Source of the DNA: Minisyncoccota bacterium
GTDB lineage: Bacteria > Patescibacteriota > Minisyncoccia > Phycocordibacterales > JAXHMZ01
Direction: 5' to 3'
Assembly: GCA_040879625.1 (NCBI GenBank)
Contig: JBBDJZ010000008.1
Span: forward strand, 1-38,614
Length of the DNA stretch: 38,614 nt
Positions 23,835-33,450 of the stretch are shown one piece after another. A model generated the notes under the pieces. It was given only the letters and a program-made list of their open reading frames with translations, was not told the origin of the DNA and made no database searches. Positions within the stretch are counted from its first letter, which is position 1, and each line of letters starts with the position of its first letter. Position numbers and translations under genes: made by a program.

Positions 23835-24401
23835 GTGAGAAAAGAATTCGCCATAAGCAAAGGTCGCGCGGCTTTTCTCAGCGTTTTTCTGTATGTATTA
23901 CTCGGAATAGCGCTGTCTTCGTTTGTCGTTCCTATGGTTCAAGGAGAACAGCCGCTCCTTCCGTCAATCTACGAATTCCCGCTTGGGCCTGAGTCGGTCA
24001 TCTTTCTCCGGTCCACCGCCTTCAACTCGCTTGAAAGTCAGACAGATTCAACGCCATTCATTACGGCAACGGGGGAAACGACTCGTCCTGGACTGGTTGC
24101 GTTGTCCCGCGATCTTTTGGAAACTATTCCCTACGGATCGATTGTTGAGATTCTCGACATTCGACCTCGAGAAGGGAATCCAAATGGATGCGGGGCGACA
24201 ATGAAGACCATTAGGCGACTTGAAACGCTACCGGGATTAGAACCCGGGCAGTTCCAGGTTGAGGACACAATGCATCCGAGAAAGGAAAACCAACTTGATA
24301 TGTGGTTGGAACACCTTGAGGATGCTCGGCGCTGGGGTGTGTGCGAGATTGTGATTCGTGCCCCAGATCAGGAGTCAGTTCTTTTTGCACTTGGAAAGTA
24401 G
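23835..24401 (+). CDS. Signal-anchored 3D-domain (MltA/RlpA-like double-psi barrel) protein, a putative cell-wall glycosidase
   Basis: N-terminal TM helix, a TAFNSLESQTDSTPFITATGE motif and three spaced Asp contexts (LSRD, VEDTM, QLDMW). It has a GTG start with a GAGGGAGAG SD. Confidence 0.55.
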   Translation: MRKEFAISKGRAAFLSVFLYVLLGIALSSFVVPMVQGEQPLLPSIYEFPLGPESVIFLRSTAFNSLESQTDSTPFITATGETTRPGLVALSRDLLETIPYGSIVEILDIRPREGNPNGCGATMKTIRRLETLPGLEPGQFQVEDTMHPRKENQLDMWLEHLEDARRWGVCEIVIRAPDQESVLFALGK

Positions 24402-24424
24402 TCGAAAGTGTTACGTGTGCGAAC

Positions 24425-24468
24425 AAAAAGGGCGAGCTTCATTTTCTGAAGCTCGCCCTAAATTTTTT
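24425..24468. terminator. Bidirectional intrinsic terminator (3D-domain gene and rpmB)
   Basis: An A-run, then GGGCGAGCTTC-ATTTTCT-GAAGCTCGCCC, then a T-run. Confidence 0.8.
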
Positions 24469-24478
24469 GTCTTGACTG

Positions 24479-24721
24479 CTATATGAGACCTGCTTTTTTC
24501 AGTGTTTCGTATGCGCCGTTTTTTTGAATTGTTTTCAACCCTTTTGTAGAAATATCTACCGTTACGGTTTTGTTCAATTCAGGTACAAAAATTTTCTTCT
24601 TTTGAATATTTGCGTACTTTCGTACTTTTCCTGTTGGATTGAACTGAGTAGCACGCGTACGGTTTGAGTATCCGCCGCCTACCTGTGAGCTTTTTCCTGT
24701 GATTGCGCAAGTCTTTGCCAT
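24479..24721 (-). CDS. rpmB: 50S ribosomal protein L28
   Basis: 80 aa, MAKTCAITGKSSQVGGGYSNRTRATQ... Confidence 0.9.
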   Translation of the reverse strand: MAKTCAITGKSSQVGGGYSNRTRATQFNPTGKVRKYANIQKKKIFVPELNKTVTVDISTKGLKTIQKNGAYETLKKAGLI

Positions 24722-24791
24722 ATATATGAGTGATTTCGTACGTGAGTCACTGTATCATAGATTTCTTTTTCTGCAACAAAAAAGTATCTGT

Positions 24792-24821
24792 TTGCAGACC
24801 TCCGAGACTTCTGGGTATACT
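24792..24821 (+). promoter_or_regulatory. Promoter TTGCAG-N18-TATACT
   Basis: The -10 at 24816-24821 ends 8 nt before the ATG at 24830. Confidence 0.45.
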
Positions 24822-24829
24822 AGGTGGAC

Positions 24830-25450
24830 ATGTTTGGAATTGCACCCATTATAAATATTGTTATTCTCATCGGCTCTATCGTGATTCACGAGGTTGCCCA
24901 TGGGTTTGCTGCTAACAAGCTTGGCGACCCAACGGCAAAACTTGACGGAAGATTGACCTTAAATCCCCTTAAGCACCTCGATCCGGTTGGTTCCCTACTT
25001 ATTCCTGGAATTTTAGTTATTACCGGAGCTCCTTTTTTGTTTGGGTGGGCAAAACCCGTTCCTTATAATCCCTATAATCTTAAAAATCCCCGACGGGATG
25101 AAGCCCTCATCGCGGCTGCTGGTCCAGCTTCAAACATACTCATTGCGATAGTCGCTGCAATACTTTTCCGAGTTTTTATGCCGGGCCTTGATACTCTTTT
25201 CGCTTTCGTTCTATTAATGACTGTGTTACTTAACCTCGTGCTCGCCATCTTTAACCTTGTGCCCATTCCCCCGCTCGACGGTTCAAAGCTTCTCTTTGCA
25301 GCTGTGCCAAGCTCGTTTGGTAATTTTCGTGCGACACTCGAGGGTATGGGCTTCTTCCTCGTCATTCTCTTTATTGCTACCCCGCTTTCTAACTTTATCG
25401 CCCCCCTTGTTTTTGGAATCGCTGAAATCTTTTTAGGAATACGTTTGTAA
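24830..25450 (+). CDS. Site-2 protease family (peptidase M50) membrane metalloprotease
   Basis: HEVAHG (HExxH) and NLVPIPPLDGS motifs. The GTG at 24824 is an alternative start. Confidence 0.85.
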   Translation: MFGIAPIINIVILIGSIVIHEVAHGFAANKLGDPTAKLDGRLTLNPLKHLDPVGSLLIPGILVITGAPFLFGWAKPVPYNPYNLKNPRRDEALIAAAGPASNILIAIVAAILFRVFMPGLDTLFAFVLLMTVLLNLVLAIFNLVPIPPLDGSKLLFAAVPSSFGNFRATLEGMGFFLVILFIATPLSNFIAPLVFGIAEIFLGIRL

Positions 25451-25572
25451 ACTGCTGTTGCTCTCGGTTGGCAAAAGAAAGGGCGGTGTGAGTACTTGCA
25501 ATCTTCTTCTCTGTATAGTACCCTCAGTTGTGTTAAAGCTCGGTTGAGCTATTTTTAATGTAAGAATAATAA

Positions 25573-25977
25573 ATGGCAACACTTAATCAATTAACTCGAA
25601 AAGGGCGTAAGGATAAAACCCGAAAAACAAAGACGGTCGCGCTTGATCGTGGTTTCAATACACTGAAAAACCGTCCTTCACATTACCACGCTCCTTTTAA
25701 GCGTGGCGTGTGTACGAAGGTAACAACCACTACTCCTCGAAAACCTAACTCAGCTGTTAGAAAGATTGCCCGTGTGAGACTTTCAAATGGAATGGAAATC
25801 ACCGCCTACATTCCCGGAATGGGACACTCCCTCCAGGAGCACTCCGTGGTTATGGTACGTGGAGGTGGTCCAAAAGATATTGGTGCGAGCTATACCGTTG
25901 TTCGTGGTGTGCTTGATGCCTCAGGTGTTGATAAACGAAAGAAGGGACGAAGTAGATACGGAACTAAAAAATCATAA
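25573..25977 (+). CDS. rpsL: 30S ribosomal protein S12
   Basis: Full-length similarity: [12 protein letters not shown]...[10 protein letters not shown]. Confidence 0.97.
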   Translation: MATLNQLTRKGRKDKTRKTKTVALDRGFNTLKNRPSHYHAPFKRGVCTKVTTTTPRKPNSAVRKIARVRLSNGMEITAYIPGMGHSLQEHSVVMVRGGGPKDIGASYTVVRGVLDASGVDKRKKGRSRYGTKKS

Positions 25978-25983
25978 TAGAGT

Positions 25984-26451
25984 ATGAGAAGACCAGTCAA
26001 AAAACAACCAAAACCAAAAGCAGATTCAATCTATGACTCTGTTCGTCTTGCAAAGTTCACTAATTACATCATGCTTGATGGGAAAAAGACCATTGCACAA
26101 CGTATCGTTCACCAAGCATTTGCAGAAATTAAAGAGCGTACAAAAAAAGATCCCCTTGAAATTTTTGAAACCGCACTTCATAACGTTGGTCCTACAATGG
26201 AAGTTCGTTCACGACGTGTTGGGGGAGCGAACTATCAAATACCACGAGAAGTTCGCCCTGAACGACGAGACCAATTAGCAATGCGATGGATTACTGATGC
26301 CGCTCGATCAGGAAAGGGACGAGCTATACATCTCCGACTTGCAGATGAAATTATTGCAGCAAGCAAAGAAGAGGGTGCTGCATTCACAAAGCGTGAAAAT
26401 ACGCACAAGATGGCTGACGCAAACAAGGCGTTTGCACACTTTGCTTGGTAA
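25984..26451 (+). CDS. rpsG: 30S ribosomal protein S7
   Basis: Full-length S7 similarity and str-operon position. Confidence 0.97.
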   Translation: MRRPVKKQPKPKADSIYDSVRLAKFTNYIMLDGKKTIAQRIVHQAFAEIKERTKKDPLEIFETALHNVGPTMEVRSRRVGGANYQIPREVRPERRDQLAMRWITDAARSGKGRAIHLRLADEIIAASKEEGAAFTKRENTHKMADANKAFAHFAW

Positions 26452-26478
26452 GAGAGGTCGGAGAGTAGACCACCTCTC
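26452..26478 (+). promoter_or_regulatory. Hairpin plus U-rich tract between rpsG and fusA
   Basis: GAGAGGT...ACCTCTC is a 7-bp stem followed by GTTTTCTCATTT. Confidence 0.35.
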
Positions 26479-26568
26479 GTTTTCTCATTTGGATGGCACT
26501 AAGAGCTTTTACTGGTTTGTTTTTAAGGTGTTCTAGATTACAATCATTACTGTATTTAATTTTTAATT

Positions 26569-28722
26569 ATGAATCGAGATTATCCGCTAGAAAAAGTTCG
26601 TAACTTTGGAATTATTGCCCACATTGACGCTGGTAAAACAACGACAACCGAGCGCGTTCTTTTTTATACCGGTGTGTCTCACAAGATTGGAGAAGTGCAT
26701 GATGGCGCGGCTATCATGGACTGGATGGAGCAAGAACAAGAGCGCGGAATTACGATTACTTCTGCGGCGACAACATGTTTTTGGGTTCCTACCTACAAAA
26801 ACAAGGATACAGACCTTGATGCTAAGCATCGTTTTAATATTATTGACACTCCAGGGCACGTTGACTTTACCGTTGAAGTAGAGCGTTCTCTAAAAGTTCT
26901 CGACGGAGGCGTGGTCGTCTTTGACGGCGTAGCTGGTGTAGAACCACAGAGTGAGACCGTGTGGCGACAGGCTGATAAGTACAAAGTTCCTCGAATTTGT
27001 TTTATCAACAAGATTGACCGAACAGGAGCATCGTTTGATCGCTCTTTCCTCTCTATCGTAAAGCGATTAACTCCAAATGCAGTGCGAGCACAACTCCCAA
27101 TCGGAAACGAAGACAAGCTCGAAGGAGTTATTGATCTTCTCGAGAAGAAAGCCTATTACTTTGAGGACGAGATGGGTGTTCAGGTTGTTCAAAAAGATAT
27201 TCCAGAAGAACTAAAGGCTGAGGTTGAAGAGTTTCACGGTGTTTTCATTGAGAAAATTGTTGAAAACAACGAAGAGCTGATGGAAAAATATCTTGCTGGT
27301 GAAGACATTCCACTTGCTGACCTTAAAAGAGAACTGCGAAAAGGAGTTATTGCAAACCAAATCGTTCCTGTCTATACAGGAAGTGCACTAAAAAACAAAG
27401 GAATACAACTCATTCTTGATGCTGTTGTTGATTACCTACCAAGCCCTGTGGATGTTCCTCCAATTAAGGGTATTGATCCTCGCACGCAAGAAGAAGTAGA
27501 ACGCCCCTCATCTGACGAGGCTCCCTTTGCAGCACTTGCGTTTAAGGTTGCAACTGATCCGTTTGTCGGTCAGCTGACCTACTTCCGAGTGTACTCAGGT
27601 ACGCTTGAAGCTGGTTCCTATATCTTGAACACTACAACAGGAGAAAAAGAGCGAGTCGGACGAATACTTCGGATGCATGCAAACGACCGAGAAGAAGTAA
27701 AGAAGGTGTTTGCCGGTGAAATCGCAGCTGCCGTAGGACTTAAAAACACTCGTACGTCAGACACCCTCTGCGCAGAAGACGCCCCGGTTGTTCTTGAGCG
27801 AATTGTGTTCCCTGAGCCTGTTGTGTCTCTAAAAATTGAACCAAAGACAAAAGCAGACCAAGAAAAGATGGGTGTGGCACTCAAAAGACTTTCTGACGAA
27901 GACCCAACGTTCCGCGTTTCTACTGATGACGAGACGTTTGAAACAGTTATTGCTGGAATGGGTGAGCTTCACCTCGATATTCTCGTTGATCGTATGAGGC
28001 GCGAATTTAACGTCGGTGCGAATGTAGGAAAGCCACAAGTCGCGTACCGTGAAACGATTCAGGAACTTGCAGAGGTTGAACACAAGTACGTTAAGCAGTC
28101 TGGTGGTCGAGGTCAGTATGGTCACGTAAAAATTAGAATAAAGCCGCTTGAGCCACTGACAGAGGAACAGCTTGCAAAACTACCAAAGAACGTTAAGCGA
28201 GAAGATGATTTTGAATTTATTAACTCTATCAAGGGTGGTGTTATTCCTCAGGAATACATTCCAGCTGTTGAAAAGGGAATCAAAGAAGCGATGCAGCGAG
28301 GTATCGTTGCTGGCTTTAAGATGGTGAACATCTCAGTTGAACTTTTTGATGGGTCGTACCACGATGTTGACTCTTCTGAAATTGCTTTCAAAATTGCCGC
28401 CTCAAAAGCATTTCAAGAAGGTGCACCTCGCGCAAAAGCGGTTCTTCTCGAGCCTATTATGAAGGTTGAGGTCACTGTCCCAGAGGAATTCATGGGTGAT
28501 GTGTCAGGTAATCTTTCAAGTAAGCGCGGTATTATTGAATCAACTGAAGACAAGGGAATGGTGAAAGCAATCAACGCAAAAGTTCCACTTTCAGAAATGT
28601 TTGGATACACAACCGCACTTCGTTCTATGACCTCTGGCCGTGGACAAAGCATAATGGAGTTTGACCACTATGCGGTAGTTCCTCACAACGTTGCTCAGGA
28701 AATCATTGAGTCCCGCTCATAA
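26569..28722 (+). CDS. fusA: Elongation factor G
   Basis: 717 aa with G-domain motifs [14 protein letters not shown] and NKID. Confidence 0.97.
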   Translation: MNRDYPLEKVRNFGIIAHIDAGKTTTTERVLFYTGVSHKIGEVHDGAAIMDWMEQEQERGITITSAATTCFWVPTYKNKDTDLDAKHRFNIIDTPGHVDFTVEVERSLKVLDGGVVVFDGVAGVEPQSETVWRQADKYKVPRICFINKIDRTGASFDRSFLSIVKRLTPNAVRAQLPIGNEDKLEGVIDLLEKKAYYFEDEMGVQVVQKDIPEELKAEVEEFHGVFIEKIVENNEELMEKYLAGEDIPLADLKRELRKGVIANQIVPVYTGSALKNKGIQLILDAVVDYLPSPVDVPPIKGIDPRTQEEVERPSSDEAPFAALAFKVATDPFVGQLTYFRVYSGTLEAGSYILNTTTGEKERVGRILRMHANDREEVKKVFAGEIAAAVGLKNTRTSDTLCAEDAPVVLERIVFPEPVVSLKIEPKTKADQEKMGVALKRLSDEDPTFRVSTDDETFETVIAGMGELHLDILVDRMRREFNVGANVGKPQVAYRETIQELAEVEHKYVKQSGGRGQYGHVKIRIKPLEPLTEEQLAKLPKNVKREDDFEFINSIKGGVIPQEYIPAVEKGIKEAMQRGIVAGFKMVNISVELFDGSYHDVDSSEIAFKIAASKAFQEGAPRAKAVLLEPIMKVEVTVPEEFMGDVSGNLSSKRGIIESTEDKGMVKAINAKVPLSEMFGYTTALRSMTSGRGQSIMEFDHYAVVPHNVAQEIIESRS

Positions 28723-28727
28723 AAAAT

Positions 28728-28755
28728 AAAAAAACCTATTAACGCAGGTTTTTTT
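28728..28755 (+). terminator. Intrinsic (A/T-clamped) terminator after fusA
   Basis: AAAAAAACCT-ATTAACGC-AGGTTTTTTT. Confidence 0.7.
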
Positions 28756-28878
28756 ATTTTTGATGCTCACGGCGACGCTTTGATGTTGGGCCGCTTTGCT
28801 GTTATAGGAATTGTTCTCAACACTTTTTAAAGCCTATGAATGTTGGCGAAGAATCTGTGTCCAGACCCTGTATATTTC

Positions 28879-28907
28879 TTGACTTCTCTATGTTCTTTCG
28901 CTAGTAT
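28879..28907 (+). promoter_or_regulatory. Promoter-like TTGACT-N17-TAGTAT (distal, about 180 nt upstream of tuf)
   Basis: -35 at 28879-28884 and -10 at 28902-28907. Confidence 0.45.
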
Positions 28908-29054
28908 AGCTCTGACGCGTATGACGCGCTGTTTTGTTTGTCGCTTTTTTGCTATCATACAAAACAAGCGTTTTTATACAGAAGCGCGCAGGTTCGGTAC
29001 GAACATTATAAGAATTTGTTTTGGTAGTACGGAGAGTTCAGTCACGCTCACGCA

Positions 29055-29083
29055 TTGAACCTTACGTATTATCAGACTAGTAT
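29055..29083 (+). promoter_or_regulatory. Promoter-like TTGAAC-N17-TAGTAT (proximal, 11 nt upstream of the tuf ATG)
   Basis: -35 at 29055-29060 and -10 at 29078-29083. It shares CTAGTATAG with the distal copy. Confidence 0.45.
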
Positions 29084-29094
29084 AGTTAAAAAAT

Positions 29095-30288
29095 ATGGCT
29101 GAAGCATTTGATCGAAGCAAACCACACGTTAACGTAGGTACCATTGGGCACGTTGACCACGGTAAGAGTACTCTTACCGCCGCTATTACACACGTTCTTC
29201 ACATGAAGGGACTTGTAAAAAAGCAAGTATCTGTTGATGAACTAGACAAGAGTCCTGAAGAAAAGGCTCGAGGTATTACCATTTCAATTCACCACTCGGA
29301 GTACGAGTCAGAGACTCGTCACTATGCGCACGTTGACGCTCCAGGTCACGCTGACTACATCAAAAACATGATTACTGGTGCTGCTCAGATGGACGGCGCC
29401 GTACTCGTTGTTGCTGCTACTGATGGTGTGATGCCTCAGACACGCGAACACATTCTTCTTGCAAAACAAGTTGGTGTTCCAAAAATTATTGCATTTTTGA
29501 ACAAGTGCGACATGGTTGATGACGCAGACCTTATTGACCTCGTAGAAGAAGAGGTGCGTGAGCTCCTTACAAAACAAGGATTTGATGGCGAAAACGCACC
29601 AGTTATTCGTGGTTCTGCTCTTAAGGGACTCGAAGCTACTACGCTTGAGGATGAATGGGCGGTAAAGATTGTAGAGCTCGTGGCTGCGCTTGATGAATAC
29701 ATTCCTGTCCCTGAGCGAGAGATTGACAAGCCCTTCCTTATGCCAATTGAAGACATTTTCTCAATTGAAGGTCGAGGAACTGTTGTTACGGGTCGTATTG
29801 AGCGAGGTATCGTAAAGGTTGGAGAAGACGTTGAGGTTGTTGGTATCAAACCAACTGCAAAAACAACCGTTACTGGAGTTGAGATGTTCAACAAGCAACT
29901 TCAAGAAGGTATGGCTGGAGACAACGCTGGCATTCTTCTTCGTGGACTTAAAAAAGACGACATTACCCGAGGTCAGGTTATTGCTAAGCCAGGCTCAGTA
30001 ACACCACACGACGATTTTGAGGCAGAAGTCTATATTCTTTCAAAGGAGGAAGGTGGACGGCACACACCGTTCTTCTCAGGGTACAAACCACAGTTCTATA
30101 TTCGAACAACCGACGTAACGGGTGATGTTACTCTCGCTGAGGGAACAGAAATGGTTATGCCAGGAGACACTGTTACCTTTAAGGTAAAGCTTGTTGCTCC
30201 TGTTGCACTTGAAGAGCAAACACGTTTTGCAATTCGTGAAGGTGGACGAACCGTAGGAGCTGGAGTTGTTACTAAAGTTAACGCATAA
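29095..30288 (+). CDS. tuf: Elongation factor Tu
   Basis: 397 aa with [14 protein letters not shown] and NKCD motifs. Confidence 0.98.
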   Translation: MAEAFDRSKPHVNVGTIGHVDHGKSTLTAAITHVLHMKGLVKKQVSVDELDKSPEEKARGITISIHHSEYESETRHYAHVDAPGHADYIKNMITGAAQMDGAVLVVAATDGVMPQTREHILLAKQVGVPKIIAFLNKCDMVDDADLIDLVEEEVRELLTKQGFDGENAPVIRGSALKGLEATTLEDEWAVKIVELVAALDEYIPVPEREIDKPFLMPIEDIFSIEGRGTVVTGRIERGIVKVGEDVEVVGIKPTAKTTVTGVEMFNKQLQEGMAGDNAGILLRGLKKDDITRGQVIAKPGSVTPHDDFEAEVYILSKEEGGRHTPFFSGYKPQFYIRTTDVTGDVTLAEGTEMVMPGDTVTFKVKLVAPVALEEQTRFAIREGGRTVGAGVVTKVNA

Positions 30289-30318
30289 CGCTTCACATTA
30301 AACTAACCTTATACACAA

Positions 30319-30696
30319 ATGCCACAGGAAACTAAAACAAAAGAGCCCAAAAAGTCGCCAAAAGTAGCCAAGAAAGCTGCTGTTGAGACACCTGAGCGTT
30401 TGCGGATTAAGGTTCAGGCCTATGAGTATAAAATACTCGACAACTCTGTTCGACAAATCATTGACACTGCTGTACGTTATGACGCAAAGGTACGTGGCCC
30501 AATTCCATTGCCCACTGATACAAAAAAGTATACGGTGAACCGTTCAAGCTTTGTGTATAAGGATGCACGAGAGCAATACGAAATGCGTACGCATCGTCGC
30601 CTTATTGACATTTTAGAACCTTCTGGCAAAGTGATCGAAGCACTTACTAATCTTTCGCTTCCGTCAGGAATTTCAATTGACGTTAAAATGATCTAG
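30319..30696 (+). CDS. rpsJ: 30S ribosomal protein S10 with a basic N-terminal extension of about 25 aa
   Basis: An S10 core (LRIKVQAYEYKILD...) preceded by a Lys/Pro-rich tail. Confidence 0.95.
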   Translation: MPQETKTKEPKKSPKVAKKAAVETPERLRIKVQAYEYKILDNSVRQIIDTAVRYDAKVRGPIPLPTDTKKYTVNRSSFVYKDAREQYEMRTHRRLIDILEPSGKVIEALTNLSLPSGISIDVKMI

Positions 30697-30815
30697 TCCA
30701 CTCAGCGCTCGACTCGGAGGACACACGAGACGCACCCGGTCGAGGAAGTGTGTAAACACGACACGCTGCGCTTAGACTTGCTCAATGGTAGATTCAAAAA
30801 ACGATAGAAAAAAAC

Positions 30816-31433
30816 ATGAAAATCATTCTCGGAACAAAACAAAATATGACTCAGCTCTTTCATGAGAGCGGTGAAGTGAGTCCTGTCACTGCAATTAAAG
30901 CTGAATCTGGTGTCGTAACGGCTGTTCGAGAAGAAGAACGAGATGGCTACAGCGCCGTACAAATTGCTGTCGGAGAACGAAACCCAAAAAGGCTGTCAAA
31001 GGCAGTGAGGGGCCACTTCGGAGATCTTGGAAGTTTCCGCTATGTGCGAGAGTTTCGAATTAAAGATGGGAAAGAAGCAGGTTTTAAGCGCGGTGACTCC
31101 ATTGCAATCGAGCAGTTTTCAGAAGGTGACACGGTAGAACTTACGGGTATAAGTAAAGGTAAGGGTTTTCAGGGCGTTGTTAAACGGCACGGTTTTGCCG
31201 GAGGTCGCCGCTCACATGGTCAAAAGCATTCTGAGCGTGAGCCTGGTTCAATTGGAGCGGGTGGAATGCAAAGAGTGTTTAAAGGAACGCGAATGGGAGG
31301 ACGAATGGGTACAGAAACTGTCACCGAAAAGAATGTGCGTGTAGTAAAAGTAGACACGGACGCCGGTCTTATATATGTTCGAGGTGCAGTTCCTGGTCGC
31401 CGGGGGACACTGATAAAAATAACAGCACGCTAA
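30816..31433 (+). CDS. rplC: 50S ribosomal protein L3
   Basis: Full-length L3 similarity and operon order. Confidence 0.96.
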   Translation: MKIILGTKQNMTQLFHESGEVSPVTAIKAESGVVTAVREEERDGYSAVQIAVGERNPKRLSKAVRGHFGDLGSFRYVREFRIKDGKEAGFKRGDSIAIEQFSEGDTVELTGISKGKGFQGVVKRHGFAGGRRSHGQKHSEREPGSIGAGGMQRVFKGTRMGGRMGTETVTEKNVRVVKVDTDAGLIYVRGAVPGRRGTLIKITAR

Positions 31434-31443
31434 TTGCATCGTC

Positions 31444-32124
31444 ATGGAAATTACTGTTTATACAACTGGAGGCAAGAAAAGTGGAAGTACTAATCTCCCA
31501 AAAGAGATTTTCGGTCTTCCTTGGAATGCCGATCTTGTTCATCAGGTAGTTACCTCTGAGCAATCAAATAAACGAGCGGTCATTGCGCACGCAAAGGATC
31601 GCGCTGAGGTTCGAGGTGGCGGTATAAAACCATGGCGCCAAAAAGGAACCGGTCGAGCTCGTCATGGGTCGAATCGCTCCCCTATATGGATTGGCGGTGG
31701 TGTGACCCACGGTCCGCGTAAGGAGAAAAACTATACAAAAAAGATAAATAAAAAGATGCGATCAAAAGCACTTTTTACGATTCTTTCAAGGAAGCTTGCT
31801 GACAATGAGATTATCTTTATTGATTCTCTTTCATTTAATGATGGTAAAACTCGAGAAGCAAACGATGTTGTCCTAAACCTTTCAAAGGTCAAGGGTTTTG
31901 AAAATATGACAAAAAAGCAGGGAAGCAAAGCACTGTTTACCCTGACAGAGGGTGAAGGTAAGGTAAAGATAAAACAGGGTTTTGAAAATATTGCCTCAGT
32001 TGCCGTCGGAGATGTAGAAAACCTTAACGCACTCGATGCTTTAAGTTACCACTACCTGGTAATTGTTGACCCTGAAAAGTCCTTAGAGTTTTTAAAGAGT
32101 AAACAGAAGAGTAAACAAAAGTAA
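31444..32124 (+). CDS. rplD: 50S ribosomal protein L4
   Basis: KPWRQKGTGRAR motif and operon order. Confidence 0.96.
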   Translation: MEITVYTTGGKKSGSTNLPKEIFGLPWNADLVHQVVTSEQSNKRAVIAHAKDRAEVRGGGIKPWRQKGTGRARHGSNRSPIWIGGGVTHGPRKEKNYTKKINKKMRSKALFTILSRKLADNEIIFIDSLSFNDGKTREANDVVLNLSKVKGFENMTKKQGSKALFTLTEGEGKVKIKQGFENIASVAVGDVENLNALDALSYHYLVIVDPEKSLEFLKSKQKSKQK

Positions 32125-32125
32125 C

Positions 32126-32500
32126 ATGGCACTATTTGGAAAAAAAGAAAAGCCAACAGAAGTAAAGACAGAGAAGAGCACAACGACTCTTAAGAAAAAT
32201 GCTTCAGACGCTACACAGTCAGGAATTCCTGCACCAATGGTGCTTGTTCGTCCTCACATTACTGAGAAAGCAGCGGTCTTAACAGATGAGAACGTGTATG
32301 TGTTTGAGGTTACACCAAGAGCGACAAAGTACACTATTAAGCAAGCGATTACTTCATTGTACAAAAAAACACCTTTGAAAGTTCGTATCGCAAGAAAAGC
32401 ACCAAAAACGGTGATGCGTAGAACGGGTGCAGGTCAAAAACCAGGACTCAAGAAAGCATACGTATTTATGAAAAAAGGCGATGCGCTCGATATTCTTTAA
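32126..32500 (+). CDS. rplW: 50S ribosomal protein L23 with an N-terminal extension
   Basis: An L23 core (RPHITEKA...) after an extra segment of about 35 aa. Confidence 0.93.
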   Translation: MALFGKKEKPTEVKTEKSTTTLKKNASDATQSGIPAPMVLVRPHITEKAAVLTDENVYVFEVTPRATKYTIKQAITSLYKKTPLKVRIARKAPKTVMRRTGAGQKPGLKKAYVFMKKGDALDIL

Positions 32501-32524
32501 TGTTACCGATTCTGAATTTTAATT

Positions 32525-33364
32525 ATGAAATCATATAAACCAACAACTCCATCACGTAGACATATGACTGTCGTTTCTCACGGCAAGACATTAACTGCGT
32601 CAAAGCCTGAAAAAAGTCTGACAACAGGGTTTAAGCGTGGCGTTGGACGCAACAACCAAGGAAGACTTACGACTCGTCATAAAGGAGGAGGGCATAAAAG
32701 AAAATATCGCGATATAGACTTTACGTTCAATAAGCTTGATATCCCTGCTACTATCGCATCGATTGAGTATGATCCTAATCGTACGGCATACATAGCCCTT
32801 GCTGTGTATCGAGACGGTGAAAAGCGGTATATCATAGCATCTAAATCAACAAAGGTTGATCAGGTCTTTACCGTTTCAGAAAAAGCGCCGATAAAACCAG
32901 GGAACCGAACAATGTTGCGTAGAATCCCCGTTGGTACTTTTGTATATAACGTTGAAATCAAACCGGGACAAGGAGGAAAACTTGTGCGCTCCGCTGGTAA
33001 CTATGCTGAGGTTGTTGCTGTTGAGGGTGACTACGTAAACCTTAAAATGCCTTCAAGCGAAGTTCGAAAAGTGCTTGGTGCCTCAATGGCAACCATAGGA
33101 GAGGTGTCAAACGGCGAACACCGACTACGCACTCTTGGTAAAGCAGGTCGTTCAAGGTGGCTTGGCATTCGACCGACCGTACGAGGTTCTGCTATGAACC
33201 CCGTTGATCACCCTTATGGTGGTGGTGAAGGAAAATCTGGCCGCGGGTTGCGCCGAGCGAAGTCCAAATGGGGCAAGCCTACTGGTATCGGACAGAAGAC
33301 TCGCACACCAAAGAAATATTCAAACAAACTTGTTGTTTCTCGACGTAAAACGAAAGGACGCTAG
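32525..33364 (+). CDS. rplB: 50S ribosomal protein L2
   Basis: GGGHKRKYR and MNPVDHPYGGGEG motifs. Confidence 0.97.
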   Translation: MKSYKPTTPSRRHMTVVSHGKTLTASKPEKSLTTGFKRGVGRNNQGRLTTRHKGGGHKRKYRDIDFTFNKLDIPATIASIEYDPNRTAYIALAVYRDGEKRYIIASKSTKVDQVFTVSEKAPIKPGNRTMLRRIPVGTFVYNVEIKPGQGGKLVRSAGNYAEVVAVEGDYVNLKMPSSEVRKVLGASMATIGEVSNGEHRLRTLGKAGRSRWLGIRPTVRGSAMNPVDHPYGGGEGKSGRGLRRAKSKWGKPTGIGQKTRTPKKYSNKLVVSRRKTKGR

Positions 33365-33375
33365 CCCCTCTTTAT

Positions 33376-33404
33376 TTGACACTAGCGCTTCTTTTCTATA
33401 GTAT
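33376..33404 (+). promoter_or_regulatory. Internal promoter-like TTGACA-N17-TAGTAT between rplB and rpsS
   Basis: -35 at 33376-33381 and -10 at 33399-33404, within an 86-nt gap. Confidence 0.4.
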
Positions 33405-33450
33405 TGCAAAGACTTGAAATCAGAAAGATTCAAAAAATTAAGAAAAAATA

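Noticed and set aside
22894-24401. A prophage remnant, with the ClpP-like protein as prohead protease and the 3D-domain protein as endolysin.
   Set aside because: No capsid, portal, terminase, integrase or att-like repeats lie nearby. The idea is kept only as an alternative to test.
28840-29058. A 72-aa ORF in the fusA-tuf spacer.
   Set aside because: It is Cys/Phe-rich with no SD, it spans the promoter-like elements and it has no recognisable family.
30702-30962. An 86-aa minus-strand ORF spanning the rpsJ-rplC spacer.
   Set aside because: It is antisense to the start of rplC and has no signals. The spacer is better explained as RNA structure.
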